Of a stretch of DNA of 64,000 bases, positions 49,991 to 58,706 are shown piece after piece. The DNA comes from Planctomycetota bacterium (GTDB lineage Bacteria; Planctomycetota; GCA-002687715; CAIWVZ01), in the NCBI GenBank assembly GCA_017853435.1, contig JAFMJN010000001.1, positions 2,603 to 66,602 on the forward strand. Reading direction: 5' to 3'. Position numbers and translations under genes: made by a program. Position 1 is the first letter of the stretch; every line of letters starts with the position of its first letter. The notes below the pieces were generated by a model, which saw only the letters and a list, made by a program, of their open reading frames with translations, was not told the origin of the DNA and did no database searches.

Positions 49991-52446
49991 TTGTTCCCCT
50001 CCCCGGCGGAGCGCAAACGCGACAGCCGCGCTTCCGCGTCACGGGCGGATTCCGATCCCGGATGACGTCGGATGACCGATTCGAACAGCGCGGCCGCGAC
50101 GTCGCGACGCCCCCTCGGATCACCGGCGTAGTCGATCGCGCGCAGGAGCGAGGCCTGCGCCTCGGCCGTCGCCCGGGCTCCCGACGTGGTCACGCGATCC
50201 TTTTCGAGAGTCTGCGCGAGTTGTTCGAATGCGTCTCCGACGGGAGCGCCCTTCCATTTTCCCGCAGCGTCGCGCACCGACGCGATCAACGCGCCGTCGG
50301 TCACGATCGTACGGAAGAAACGCGCGTCGTCCGCCCTCGCCTCGAAATCGCGCTGAAGATTGCGCGCGACTTCGGCAAGTCGATCGACCGCCGTACGCGC
50401 TTCGGATTCGATGCGATCCTCGAACGGGAAGCGTGCGAGTACCTGTCCGAATGCGGACAGCGCTTCTCCGAAGCGTCCGGCGCGCTCCGCTTCGCGCGCT
50501 TTCGCGAGGAGCACCCCGGCCGCTGAAAGTTCGGCTTCGAACGAGGTATCGATCGCACAGCGGAAACTCGTGGCCGCGCCTCGTTTCATCACGAGGACGG
50601 CGACTCCGCGAGCGTCGATCAGCGAGACGGGGATCGACGCGGCGCTTCCATCCATCGCGACGAAGCGCAACCGGACGCGTGCGCCCGCGTCGCCGACGAT
50701 GACGGCCGACGCCGGCGACGCGGCGAACGGTCCCCGTCGACGGACTCCGGTCTCGCCTTCAACCGTCGTCACGGTGACTTCCGCCGGACTACCGGGGACG
50801 ACCGCGGCGAAGTCCGTCTCGCCGGAGGCGCCCGCGAGTTCCCAGCCGATGGTCGCCGGTTCTCCCGTCAATGTCGCCTTGAGTCCTCCAACTGCCGGCG
50901 TCGGGCCGCCGAATCCGGGCCCCGCCGGAGCTTTCGGATCACGGAACGACCACGCTCCGAAGTCGCGGAACACGACGCGACCGGGGCGTGTCGCACGCAC
51001 GGCCCCCGAAGATCCCATCGCGACGGCGAGATTCCCCGCCTTCGTCGCGGAGTCGGGCGGCGGATCGACCGCCTCCACGGACACATCGTCGAACGCGGCT
51101 TCCCCGCGGCCTGCGAGGATGAGTCCGACGCGCACCTTCGTGTATCCGCCCGGATCGGCGAAAACACCGGAAACCAATTTGAAATCGGTCGACTCTCCCG
51201 CAGGGAGTACGTCGCGGACCGCGACCGATTCGTCGGCGTTGAGCCAGTCGAGGCACAATCCCGCGTCCGCTCCCGAATCGGCGCGGACGCGCGCCGTCAC
51301 GCGAAAAGCGCGACCGGCGGCGACATCGACGGCACCCGACGCCCCTTCGAGCCGTACGATTCCGGGCGTCGGTCCGCGTTCGGCGCGCGCCAACGTCATC
51401 GCCACGCCCGAAGGTCCGTCCACCATGCCGACCGATGTGGGATCCGCCGGATCGAGCGGTTTCCATCCTTCCGCTTCGGCCGATTCGCCCTCATCGGCCA
51501 CGGGTTCGAACGACCACCATTTTTCGGGAACGAGGTTCGACGCGACGTGCCTCGACGCACCCGCGACGGAAACATTTCGCGCCTCGTTGCGCATCCATAG
51601 GTAGCCGACGCCCCCCAGAAGCCCGACGATGACGAGAAGCATCACGATGTTGAAAACGGTGTCGGAGCGCTTCGGCGGAACCTTCACTTCGAAGCTCGCG
51701 CCACCCATGTCGAACGCGGGCGCAATCACGGTTCGCGCCTCCGGTTCGTCGGGCGCCTCTTCAAGCGCTTCCGGAGGCGGAGCGAAGTCAGATGCGGCAC
51801 CGATGCCGAACGTCGCGGTGAATGATCCGAACGTCACGACCGATCCGGAAGCGAGTTCCGCTTCCTCGACCGGTTCTCCATCGACCTTCGTTCCATTGGA
51901 GGAACCGAGGTCCTTGACCATCCAACCCGATCCCTTTTTCCGCAATTCGGCATGATCGCCCGACACGGACGGGTCGGAAAGCACGAGCGCGTTGCGCGGC
52001 TTGCGCCCCACGGTGAACGACTCACCCGAAATCTTGACGACCTCGCCGCGTCGCGAACCCGTCCCGAGAACGAGGACGACGTCTTGTTCGAGCGAGATTT
52101 CGTCCTCGCCCCAACCGTCTTCAACCGCGGGTTCGGAAGCCTCGACGCCGGCGTCGAGAAACCGTATGGAAACGGATCCGACGGAGATCACGTCGCCGTC
52201 TTGAAGTTCGAACTTCGAAACCTTGCGACCATTCACCAAGGTCCCGTTGGAGGAACCGAGATCTTCCACGAACCAAGCGGAACCGTCCTTGAAGAATCGG
52301 CAATGCTGCCGAGACGCTTCGGGGACGTCGAGGACGACGTCGTTGGTCGACGATCGGCCGGCTTTGACCTCGCTTCCGAGGGCCAATTCCCGAAAACCGG
52401 CGGCGTCCGTGATGGCAAGTTTTGGCATGGTGCGGTGCGCGTCCAC
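49987..52446 (-). CDS. Membrane protein with two N-terminal FHA domains, one TM segment and a large periplasmic domain. First gene of the pseudopilin operon.
   Basis: Two FHA cores (GRSSTNDVVLDVPEASRQHCRFF...VEDLGSSNGTLVNGRKV and GRKPRNALVLSDPSVSGDHAELR...VKDLGSSNGTKVDG). TM segment TVFNIVMLLVIVGLLGGVGYLW. An alternative start is the ATG at 52428 (MPKLAIT). 4-nt overlap with the GspL-like gene. Confidence 0.65.
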   Translation of the reverse strand: MDAHRTMPKLAITDAAGFRELALGSEVKAGRSSTNDVVLDVPEASRQHCRFFKDGSAWFVEDLGSSNGTLVNGRKVSKFELQDGDVISVGSVSIRFLDAGVEASEPAVEDGWGEDEISLEQDVVLVLGTGSRRGEVVKISGESFTVGRKPRNALVLSDPSVSGDHAELRKKGSGWMVKDLGSSNGTKVDGEPVEEAELASGSVVTFGSFTATFGIGAASDFAPPPEALEEAPDEPEARTVIAPAFDMGGASFEVKVPPKRSDTVFNIVMLLVIVGLLGGVGYLWMRNEARNVSVAGASRHVASNLVPEKWWSFEPVADEGESAEAEGWKPLDPADPTSVGMVDGPSGVAMTLARAERGPTPGIVRLEGASGAVDVAAGRAFRVTARVRADSGADAGLCLDWLNADESVAVRDVLPAGESTDFKLVSGVFADPGGYTKVRVGLILAGRGEAAFDDVSVEAVDPPPDSATKAGNLAVAMGSSGAVRATRPGRVVFRDFGAWSFRDPKAPAGPGFGGPTPAVGGLKATLTGEPATIGWELAGASGETDFAAVVPGSPAEVTVTTVEGETGVRRRGPFAASPASAVIVGDAGARVRLRFVAMDGSAASIPVSLIDARGVAVLVMKRGAATSFRCAIDTSFEAELSAAGVLLAKAREAERAGRFGEALSAFGQVLARFPFEDRIESEARTAVDRLAEVARNLQRDFEARADDARFFRTIVTDGALIASVRDAAGKWKGAPVGDAFEQLAQTLEKDRVTTSGARATAEAQASLLRAIDYAGDPRGRRDVAAALFESVIRRHPGSESARDAEARLSRLRSAGEGNK

Positions 52447-52673
52447 CCGTCGCCCGAGATTCCCCCAACCACCGACGACGATGGAAGTTGCGAAACGATG
52501 GCGACGGTCTCGAAGAGTTCCCCGATCGAGGGCCCCGGATCCCGAGGCGACTCGACTCTAAACCGACGGACATTTCGAGACCACTTCGAAGGGGGATTCG
52601 TGCGATCCGCCCCAACCCGTGATTCGCGGCTCGATTCGCGCTACGATCTGCTCGCTGCGTCGGAAGACGCACG

Positions 52674-52746
52674 GGTCCCGTAGCTCAGTGGATAGAGCAT
52701 CGGTCTTCGGAACCGCAGGTCGCCCGTTCGAATCGGGCCGGGACCG
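52674..52746 (+). tRNA. tRNA-Arg (anticodon TCG).
   Basis: Cloverleaf by hand folding. Acceptor GGTCCCG/CGGGACC, D-arm GCTC-AGTGGATA-GAGC, anticodon arm TCGGT-CTTCGGA-ACCGC (one T.C mismatch at 27:43), T-arm GCCCG-TTCGAAT-CGGGC, discriminator G. No encoded CCA. Confidence 0.75.
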
Positions 52747-52969
52747 CTGAGATTTCGCGAGGTTTCGCCGTTCCCGCACCTCCCAGTGCCGGAGTGCCGC
52801 CATCGATCTGCGGCCCTACCGGGCCGAGGAACCGATGCCCTAACCCGGTTACCCGGCACCACCGATTGCCGCCACGCCCGTTATCCCAAGCCTTCAACAA
52901 CCGATCGCAGAGTGGATCTGCCGCAAGTAGAACCGACTAGACGCGAGTCCAGCGGTCATGGCTTGGATC

Positions 52970-53497
52970 TCAGGCGATGGTGCGGACGGTGACCCCGAAT
53001 CGCCGTTCGCTGCCCGCACGCGCTCCGTTTAAACCGACCCCGGACACGACGGTCATGGCCTCGAGTGATACGTGTCCATCGGAGTGCGGGCGCGGACACT
53101 CGGCCTGCCCTCCGCTACGGCCCCCTCTACACTCTCTGCAGCCGCACTCCCCCTTCCAGCGAAGGACCCGCACCCTCCACCGATAGAGGATGGCGTCGTG
53201 GCCACCGACACCCCGCACCGACGAGTGAAGGACGGCCACTGGAGCAACGTCCTCAGCAACCAAGATGGCGGGGGCAGGACATCTCGTATCAAAGAGAACT
53301 GCTTGGGTCACGAGACGGCGAGCAGCATGACATGTCGGACGAGTTTCCGCCGTCGACGCGAGCGACTCCATCGTTCGAGTGCCTTCCAAACTGCGATTCC
53401 GATTGCGGATGAGCGGACGCACCACACGGGGGGCAGGACACCTCGTCGCAAAGAGGACCGTTTGGGTCGGGAGAAGGCGAGCGGCGTAGGGTCCCAT
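52970..53497 (-). pseudogene. Two tandem decayed copies of the Rhs N-terminal leader module (orphan Rhs 5' remnants). Probably non-functional.
   Basis: Translation contains ...ETRPTCHAARRLVTQAVLFDTRCPAPAILVAEDVAPVAVL... and ...TQTVLFATRCPAPRVV... These are homologous to the Rhs1 leader SLASTVENRPTCHAARRRVTQTVLFETRCPAPAILVAEDHAPLAVL (58500-58693). At nucleotide level 'ggcgggggcaggacacctcgtctcaaagagaacggtttgggtcac' recurs at about 53260, 53410 and 58540. Confidence 0.5.
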
Positions 53498-53502
53498 GCG
53501 CG

Positions 53503-53973
53503 CTACTGCGGTGGTGGCTGAGATCCCCGAGCCAATGGTCGAAACTGCTCACCGTTCCCAATTTGAAATCGATAGCCGACGCACACACCATCCGAAATGT
53601 GCAGACGAAAATACGAGGGGAGTAGATCGCTAGTAGGTCCTGACTTGGACGGAATGAGAACCCCGCCCATACGGTACTCAAGAATCGTAATCGGTGGTGC
53701 GGCTGACTCCCGATCAGGGGGGCCAAGGTTGTCATTGATCCACGCAGCGGTCCTTTGCAATACCCCTTCTCGTTCAACCAAGTCACCAACCATATAGGGA
53801 CGGCGATTAACGGGGCTCAGCTCATCACTGCCGCGCATCCTCCAAATATCTGGGGCAAATGGAATGAGTCGCGCAAAATCGTAGTGAGCATCATCCGCTA
53901 CCGCGAACGCGCCTAACCCCCAACCTAAGAGACCGGCAAATGCAACGGCAACAGACCATTTGACTTGAATCAT
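53503..53973 (-). CDS. Secreted hypothetical protein in the Rhs island (accessory or immunity candidate).
   Basis: The ATG at 53973 overlaps the stop of the upstream gene (ATGA). Signal peptide MIQVKWSVAVAFAGLLGWGLGAFAVA. AT-rich relative to the flanks. Confidence 0.4.
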   Translation of the reverse strand: MIQVKWSVAVAFAGLLGWGLGAFAVADDAHYDFARLIPFAPDIWRMRGSDELSPVNRRPYMVGDLVEREGVLQRTAAWINDNLGPPDRESAAPPITILEYRMGGVLIPSKSGPTSDLLPSYFRLHISDGVCVGYRFQIGNGEQFRPLARGSQPPPQ

Positions 53974-54614
53974 CGTTGGGCTTCGCTTAGCATTGCACTA
54001 GCGCCCTCGAAGAGTCCTAACTCACTACAAATGCCGTGTGTGAATTTCAGTCGCATGACAATGCGCCTTGGTTCAGGCGATGGCCAGCCACGCCCCGCGG
54101 TCGATCCCATATCGAACTCTGCGGACAGATCGCCGTGTCGACGATCAGGCGCTCCTACCCGCTCAAACACGTCTGTGGTCGACTGACCCAGAATCGATCC
54201 GTCTCGCGCCAATGCACCAACCATCGTTGCGCGAACCTGCCGCGGGTACCCGACGGTGTCGTGAGCGCTTTTCCAGACGGAGGGATCAAACGCGGACGAG
54301 TCCCAGTACTTGACTTGCTTCAAGTGCATCGACTCGGATCGCGATCCAATGAACACCAAGTACCCTAGGAATCCGACGACCCAGAGCAGTCCTCGCCATG
54401 AACGAATGAAATTGCCCGCGCGCCGTGGGTGGTGAATCAAGACCAACAATCCATACACCATAAAACCAAAGCACATGAAGCACACCAGCCCCAGTAATCC
54501 AGTTGGACTGGAATCAAAGCCTATCAGCCCGGACAAAAGCGCAAGCGGGAGCAAGAAAACCTGAACGCCACCTGCCAACAACATTCCAGTGAACCACTCA
54601 AACGAAGTCAACAT
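53970..54614 (-). CDS. Polytopic membrane protein, candidate immunity protein for the Rhs1 C-terminal toxin.
   Basis: ATG at 54614. At least four hydrophobic helices (GMLLAGGVQVFLLPLALLSGLIGF, LLGLVCFMCFGFMVYGLLVLI, LLWVVGFLGYLVFIG). Lies downstream of the Rhs1 stop in a low-GC patch. Confidence 0.4.
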   Translation of the reverse strand: MLTSFEWFTGMLLAGGVQVFLLPLALLSGLIGFDSSPTGLLGLVCFMCFGFMVYGLLVLIHHPRRAGNFIRSWRGLLWVVGFLGYLVFIGSRSESMHLKQVKYWDSSAFDPSVWKSAHDTVGYPRQVRATMVGALARDGSILGQSTTDVFERVGAPDRRHGDLSAEFDMGSTAGRGWPSPEPRRIVMRLKFTHGICSELGLFEGASAMLSEAQR

Positions 54615-54823
54615 GGTATCCCCCCTGATGACTCACCGGGGTGCCCCCGAGAGGCTCGTGCACGATAATAGTCATGACAGTTGAACCCCCGCGCAACACC
54701 CGATCCGCATCACACCGAAGCACCCGACATATCTCGAACAAACCGGCCCGAAATAGTATCTGCTCGATTGTGTCCGTGAATGGCACGAGAACCAATCAGA
54801 ACAATTTACTCGCGAACGGAGGT

Positions 54824-57800
54824 TCACCTCGGCCTCCTCCTAGTCATCTTGCCGAATGCATATCCGTATGCCCACAGGTCCAGATCGGCGCCAACAGGGA
54901 TATCCCCCGTCGGATCGCCATCCAACTCAACACCGCCGTTGAGCGGATTGCAGCCTTTGGGTCCATGCCAAATCACGGGCCCATGCGGCATCGTCTTGCC
55001 TCCCCCAGATGGCGGAGGTGTGGTTCCACGGTGCACGGGAATCCGCCGCAATGGGTACGCGAACCGAAGCATTAGTAGCCCTCGGTCGAGTTTGTCCTTG
55101 CAGCAAGTCCAGCAATCGTCAGGCGTCTTCTTGGGAAATGCACACAGAAATCCAGCCTCGTTATTAAGGACGTCCTTCCTACTCTCACCATTCCATTTCC
55201 CACCTGCCCAGTTTTCCGTGTCAAAGAGCTCATGCGAACCCATTCCAGCTCTGGCGGCCAGCCCGCCATACTGCCTCACTGCCATACACGCTCCCACACA
55301 GTGCACCATTGCGTTGAAGGCCTCATTCGGTGCGTCCGGTGGAAATCCATGCTCCCGGAGCACCCTTGACGCCGCAGCCATCAAGCTTTCAGACTGAGTT
55401 GGAGGCGGCTCAGACAGCCCCATAACGCGCCGAGCGGCTCCGGCTGAGTTCTCTCCCATGCCCTGCTCTCCAAGCGGATCCGTTGTGTCAAGTGGCATGG
55501 AATCCACATACCCATACCCATAGACCCCCGACGCATCGAGGATCGGGTCCCTCTCAAGGAACCCGCCCGTCTCCGGCCGGTACCACCTTGCACGGTAGTA
55601 GTAGAGCCCGATCTCCTGGTTCCACTCTCGTCCCGTGTACGTGAAGTCCTGCTCGCCCTGCGACATGTTCGGGCTGTAGTACGTCCCCGTTCCGTCGCAG
55701 AACTGCACCTGACCGTAGTCGGTGTACCGGTACGTCTCGAGCACACCCCCTTCGATCGTGATTGTGTTTGTCAGATTCGACACGACACACTGCACGGTCC
55801 CCAGGAAGTCGCCCTGGTAGTAGCCCTCGTAGTAGTAACTTGGGCCTGCGTTGAAGATGTCCGCCCGTGCCCAAAGGATCTGGTCCATCAGGTAGGGGCC
55901 GTACACCCTCACGAACTTCACGCGGGACTCGCTCAGGGGGCTCGACCCGGCTTGCACCACGAACTCTTCGATCGGTTGCTCACCGTCGTAGTACGTGTGC
56001 GTCCAGAACGAGCCGTTCGTGTCCTTGCGCTCGATGCGGCGGCCAAATGGGTCGTACCGGTAGCGCCAGACATGACCGCTGCCGTCGGTCGCTTCGTAGA
56101 TCCGGTTCTCCATGTCCACCTTGACCGTCGGGGACGTCTTCTGGTTCCCGTTCGTGTCAAACGTGTTGGTCTCTTGGGAGGTCTGCGTCAGCGTCGAGCC
56201 GTTCCAGTCGTACACCGTGCGGGTGCCCAACTGGTTTTGCGTGTCGAACACGTGGTCTTCTCGGCGGACGCCCGACTGCGACGGGGTGTCGTATTGGAGC
56301 GTCTTCCGGTTACCCACTTCGTCGAGCGTGAACTGACGCCGGTAGGCGAAGTCCGTTGTGGACTCGGTGGCCGACTCCACAGCCGAGTGGCTGGAGGTCG
56401 CGTACCCCACTCCGTAAAGCGTCTTCGTCAGGCGGTTGGCACCGTCGTAGTAGTACCGGTCGCCGTAGTCGAGGACTCCGCCCAGAGTGGCCCCTGTGGA
56501 GGCGTTGATGTAGTCCCGGCGTTCGAAGGTCACTCGGCCGCCCGCGTCGTACCCGCGCTTCAGGTCGACCGTCGTTGTCCGAGTCCCGTCCTTCAGCCTA
56601 TCCCATGTGAGCTGCGTCGCGCGGCCGTACGCGTCATACGCGAGCGTCTCGCGCGAGCGGTCGGATCCAAGCGTCAACTTCGTCATCCGGCGTGGGCCAG
56701 CGAAGTCCCAGTCGGCAGCGACGACGTAGGTCGGGCTTCCGGCCGTGATGTCGTCGGTTCGCTCCAGTTTGCTCACGCGGTTCAAGGAGTCGTACGTCCG
56801 CTTCACTCCGGTCAGGCCGTCGGGATACTTCACGAGGCTAAGGAGCCCGTCTCCCCCGTACGTGTACTCGACCTTCCGGTACGTGGTTCCAGACCCGCTG
56901 TCGTCCGTCGGCGTGATCCACGTCGTTTCGGATTCGAGTTTGCCTAGGGTGTTCCACGTTCGCGTCACGAGGGAATCCCGATTGTAGGCCGAGGTCAGGC
57001 GGCCGACGCCATCATACAGGAACTTCACCAGTGTGGGGCCTACCACATTCGTCGCTAGGGAATACGACTTCGTCAGCAGCAGATTTCGGCTGTCGTACGT
57101 GTACGTCGCCGAGGACCCGTTCCGGTCGGTCCTCGTCGAGACGTTATGGGCTTGGTCGTAGGTTAATGACACGGTGTCCGAGCCCGCCTCGTCGTAACTC
57201 AGGGTCAAGCGGTCAGCCTGGTCATACTCGTAGCGGCAGGACGTGTCGCCAGACCCTCGGACGTTCGTCCGGGTGACCAGGTTGTCGTTCAGGTCGTAGA
57301 CCATCACCGTATCGAGGTAAGTGGGGCTGCCGCCTCCGGTAAGGCGCCGCCTCACCTTCGTCACCCGGCCAAAATCGTCATAGAGGTTGGCAACGACGTT
57401 GCCGTTCGGGTCCGTTGCGGTCCGGACCCGGCCAAACCCGTCCACGTCGTAGGTCGTGGTCAAGGCCGTGGCGGAGCCACCCCCTCGCTCGCTGGTCGAG
57501 GTAAGGTGCCCGTCGGCATCGTAGGCGTGCTCCACGACGTAGGTCTTCGTGGTCCCGCCTTCCACCTCGTCGGCCGTGGTCTTTGTCACCCGTCCGGAAG
57601 GGTCCAACTGGCTCGTGACAGAGTTGCCGAGGGCGTCTGTCACCTTCGAGCGGCGGCCAGCCCCGTCGAAGGTGTAGGTCGTTGTGGAAGCCCCACCCCC
57701 GCACCCGCAGGAGTCGGTCGTCTGGGTCAGGCGGCCGCTCTTGTCGTAGGACATCGTGAAGGTCACGGTCCCGCTCTCGATGTCCGTCGAGAGATCGGCC

Positions 57801-58693
57801 TTCTTGGCCCATTGGGCGGTGGACGTCACGCGGTTGTCCCCGTCGTAGGACGCCCGGGACTCGATCAGTTTCGTGTTGCCGGAGTTGTACCGCTGACGCG
57901 TCACCGCGTTCGAGTTCTTATCGAACGTCGTCGTTGCGTAGTGGGATCCCGGATCCGTCATCTTCGTCGTCCGGTCGAACCCGTCGTACGCGAGCGTCGT
58001 CGCGTTCCCCTTACCGTCTTGCATCTTCGTCAGGCGGTGGTTCTGGTCGTACTCCCGGACCGACGAGGAGGCGTAGGCCGTCCCGCTCGCCACGGTCTTC
58101 GTCACTTCCAAGCCACGCATGTCGAACGTCGTGGTTTTCGAGTTGCCGCGGGGGAGCGTCACGGAGGTCACCCGGTCTTCCCTATCGCGGGCGAAGGCCC
58201 AGATGCGGTTGGACCCGTAACTCGAACCGTACTGCATCGTGATCGCCGACACCTCGTCAAGGAGGGTGTAGGACGTGAGGATGCGTTGCTCTGAGTTCGA
58301 GATGTCGGCGTTGCCGTGGTCGCGACGGGTCTCGGTCACCCGGTCGTTTAAGTCGTAGAAGTAGTCGGTCACCTTACCTGTCGGCGAGGTCACCGAGGTC
58401 GGGTAGCCAAGCGCGTTACGCGAGATCGTGGTGGTACCGCTCGTTGGGTCGGTGATGGAGGTGACGTTGTATGCGCTGCGAACGCGCGCTGACGAGGAGA
58501 GGACTGCCAATGGGGCATGGTCCTCAGCGACCAAGATGGCGGGGGCAGGACACCTCGTCTCAAAGAGAACGGTTTGGGTCACCCGACGACGAGCAGCATG
58601 ACATGTCGGACGATTCTCCACCGTCGATGCGAGCGAATTGAGTGAGCGAATGGCCTTCGAACCAAGATTTCGGGCGCGGACGAGCGATTGCAT
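54824..58693 (-). CDS. Rhs/YD-repeat protein (Rhs1, about 1289 aa) with a short unique N-terminal leader, a full RHS core and a variable C-terminal toxin domain.
   Basis: Many YD repeats (YEYDQADRLT, YTYDSRNLL, YRYDPFGRR). Core end YYYRARWYRPETGGFLERDPI...DPLGEQG (DPxG cleavage-type motif) followed by a 230-aa unique tail. The ATG at 58693 with a GAGG SD is preferred. The ORF-track N-terminus (to 58834) overlaps the upstream membrane-protein gene in another frame. Confidence 0.75.
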   Translation of the reverse strand: MQSLVRARNLGSKAIRSLNSLASTVENRPTCHAARRRVTQTVLFETRCPAPAILVAEDHAPLAVLSSSARVRSAYNVTSITDPTSGTTTISRNALGYPTSVTSPTGKVTDYFYDLNDRVTETRRDHGNADISNSEQRILTSYTLLDEVSAITMQYGSSYGSNRIWAFARDREDRVTSVTLPRGNSKTTTFDMRGLEVTKTVASGTAYASSSVREYDQNHRLTKMQDGKGNATTLAYDGFDRTTKMTDPGSHYATTTFDKNSNAVTRQRYNSGNTKLIESRASYDGDNRVTSTAQWAKKADLSTDIESGTVTFTMSYDKSGRLTQTTDSCGCGGGASTTTYTFDGAGRRSKVTDALGNSVTSQLDPSGRVTKTTADEVEGGTTKTYVVEHAYDADGHLTSTSERGGGSATALTTTYDVDGFGRVRTATDPNGNVVANLYDDFGRVTKVRRRLTGGGSPTYLDTVMVYDLNDNLVTRTNVRGSGDTSCRYEYDQADRLTLSYDEAGSDTVSLTYDQAHNVSTRTDRNGSSATYTYDSRNLLLTKSYSLATNVVGPTLVKFLYDGVGRLTSAYNRDSLVTRTWNTLGKLESETTWITPTDDSGSGTTYRKVEYTYGGDGLLSLVKYPDGLTGVKRTYDSLNRVSKLERTDDITAGSPTYVVAADWDFAGPRRMTKLTLGSDRSRETLAYDAYGRATQLTWDRLKDGTRTTTVDLKRGYDAGGRVTFERRDYINASTGATLGGVLDYGDRYYYDGANRLTKTLYGVGYATSSHSAVESATESTTDFAYRRQFTLDEVGNRKTLQYDTPSQSGVRREDHVFDTQNQLGTRTVYDWNGSTLTQTSQETNTFDTNGNQKTSPTVKVDMENRIYEATDGSGHVWRYRYDPFGRRIERKDTNGSFWTHTYYDGEQPIEEFVVQAGSSPLSESRVKFVRVYGPYLMDQILWARADIFNAGPSYYYEGYYQGDFLGTVQCVVSNLTNTITIEGGVLETYRYTDYGQVQFCDGTGTYYSPNMSQGEQDFTYTGREWNQEIGLYYYRARWYRPETGGFLERDPILDASGVYGYGYVDSMPLDTTDPLGEQGMGENSAGAARRVMGLSEPPPTQSESLMAAASRVLREHGFPPDAPNEAFNAMVHCVGACMAVRQYGGLAARAGMGSHELFDTENWAGGKWNGESRKDVLNNEAGFLCAFPKKTPDDCWTCCKDKLDRGLLMLRFAYPLRRIPVHRGTTPPPSGGGKTMPHGPVIWHGPKGCNPLNGGVELDGDPTGDIPVGADLDLWAYGYAFGKMTRRRPR
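55502..58469. repeat. Copy 1 (Rhs1 core) of a 2,968-bp near-identical direct repeat. Its partner is at 60331-63298, period 4,829 bp.
   Basis: Nucleotide identity starts at 'atccacatacccatac' (55502 / 60331) and ends at 'ggtgacgttg' (58469 / 63298). Only one mismatch was noticed (ttgggtcgg vs ttggatcgg near 58446 / 63275). The ORF track shows identical ORFs offset by 4829. Confidence 0.9.
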
Positions 58694-58706
58694 CGCACGG
58701 GCCTCA

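Noticed and set aside
52750-53000. Possible integrase or attachment-site remnants or structured ncRNA immediately 3' of tRNA-Arg.
   Set aside because: No convincing ORF with integrase motifs, no clear direct repeat of the tRNA 3' end within the window, and no recognisable ncRNA fold by eye.
52970-53497. 175-aa minus-strand ORF as an intact gene.
   Set aside because: It consists of two degraded copies of the Rhs leader followed by Arg/Cys/Gly-rich sequence with no core. Interpreted as pseudogene remnants, not a functional CDS.
54598-54795. 65-aa ORF in the ~209-bp gap after the Rhs1 stop.
   Set aside because: Kept only as a possible small immunity protein in the findings. No homology or coupling evidence, and too short to support as a feature.
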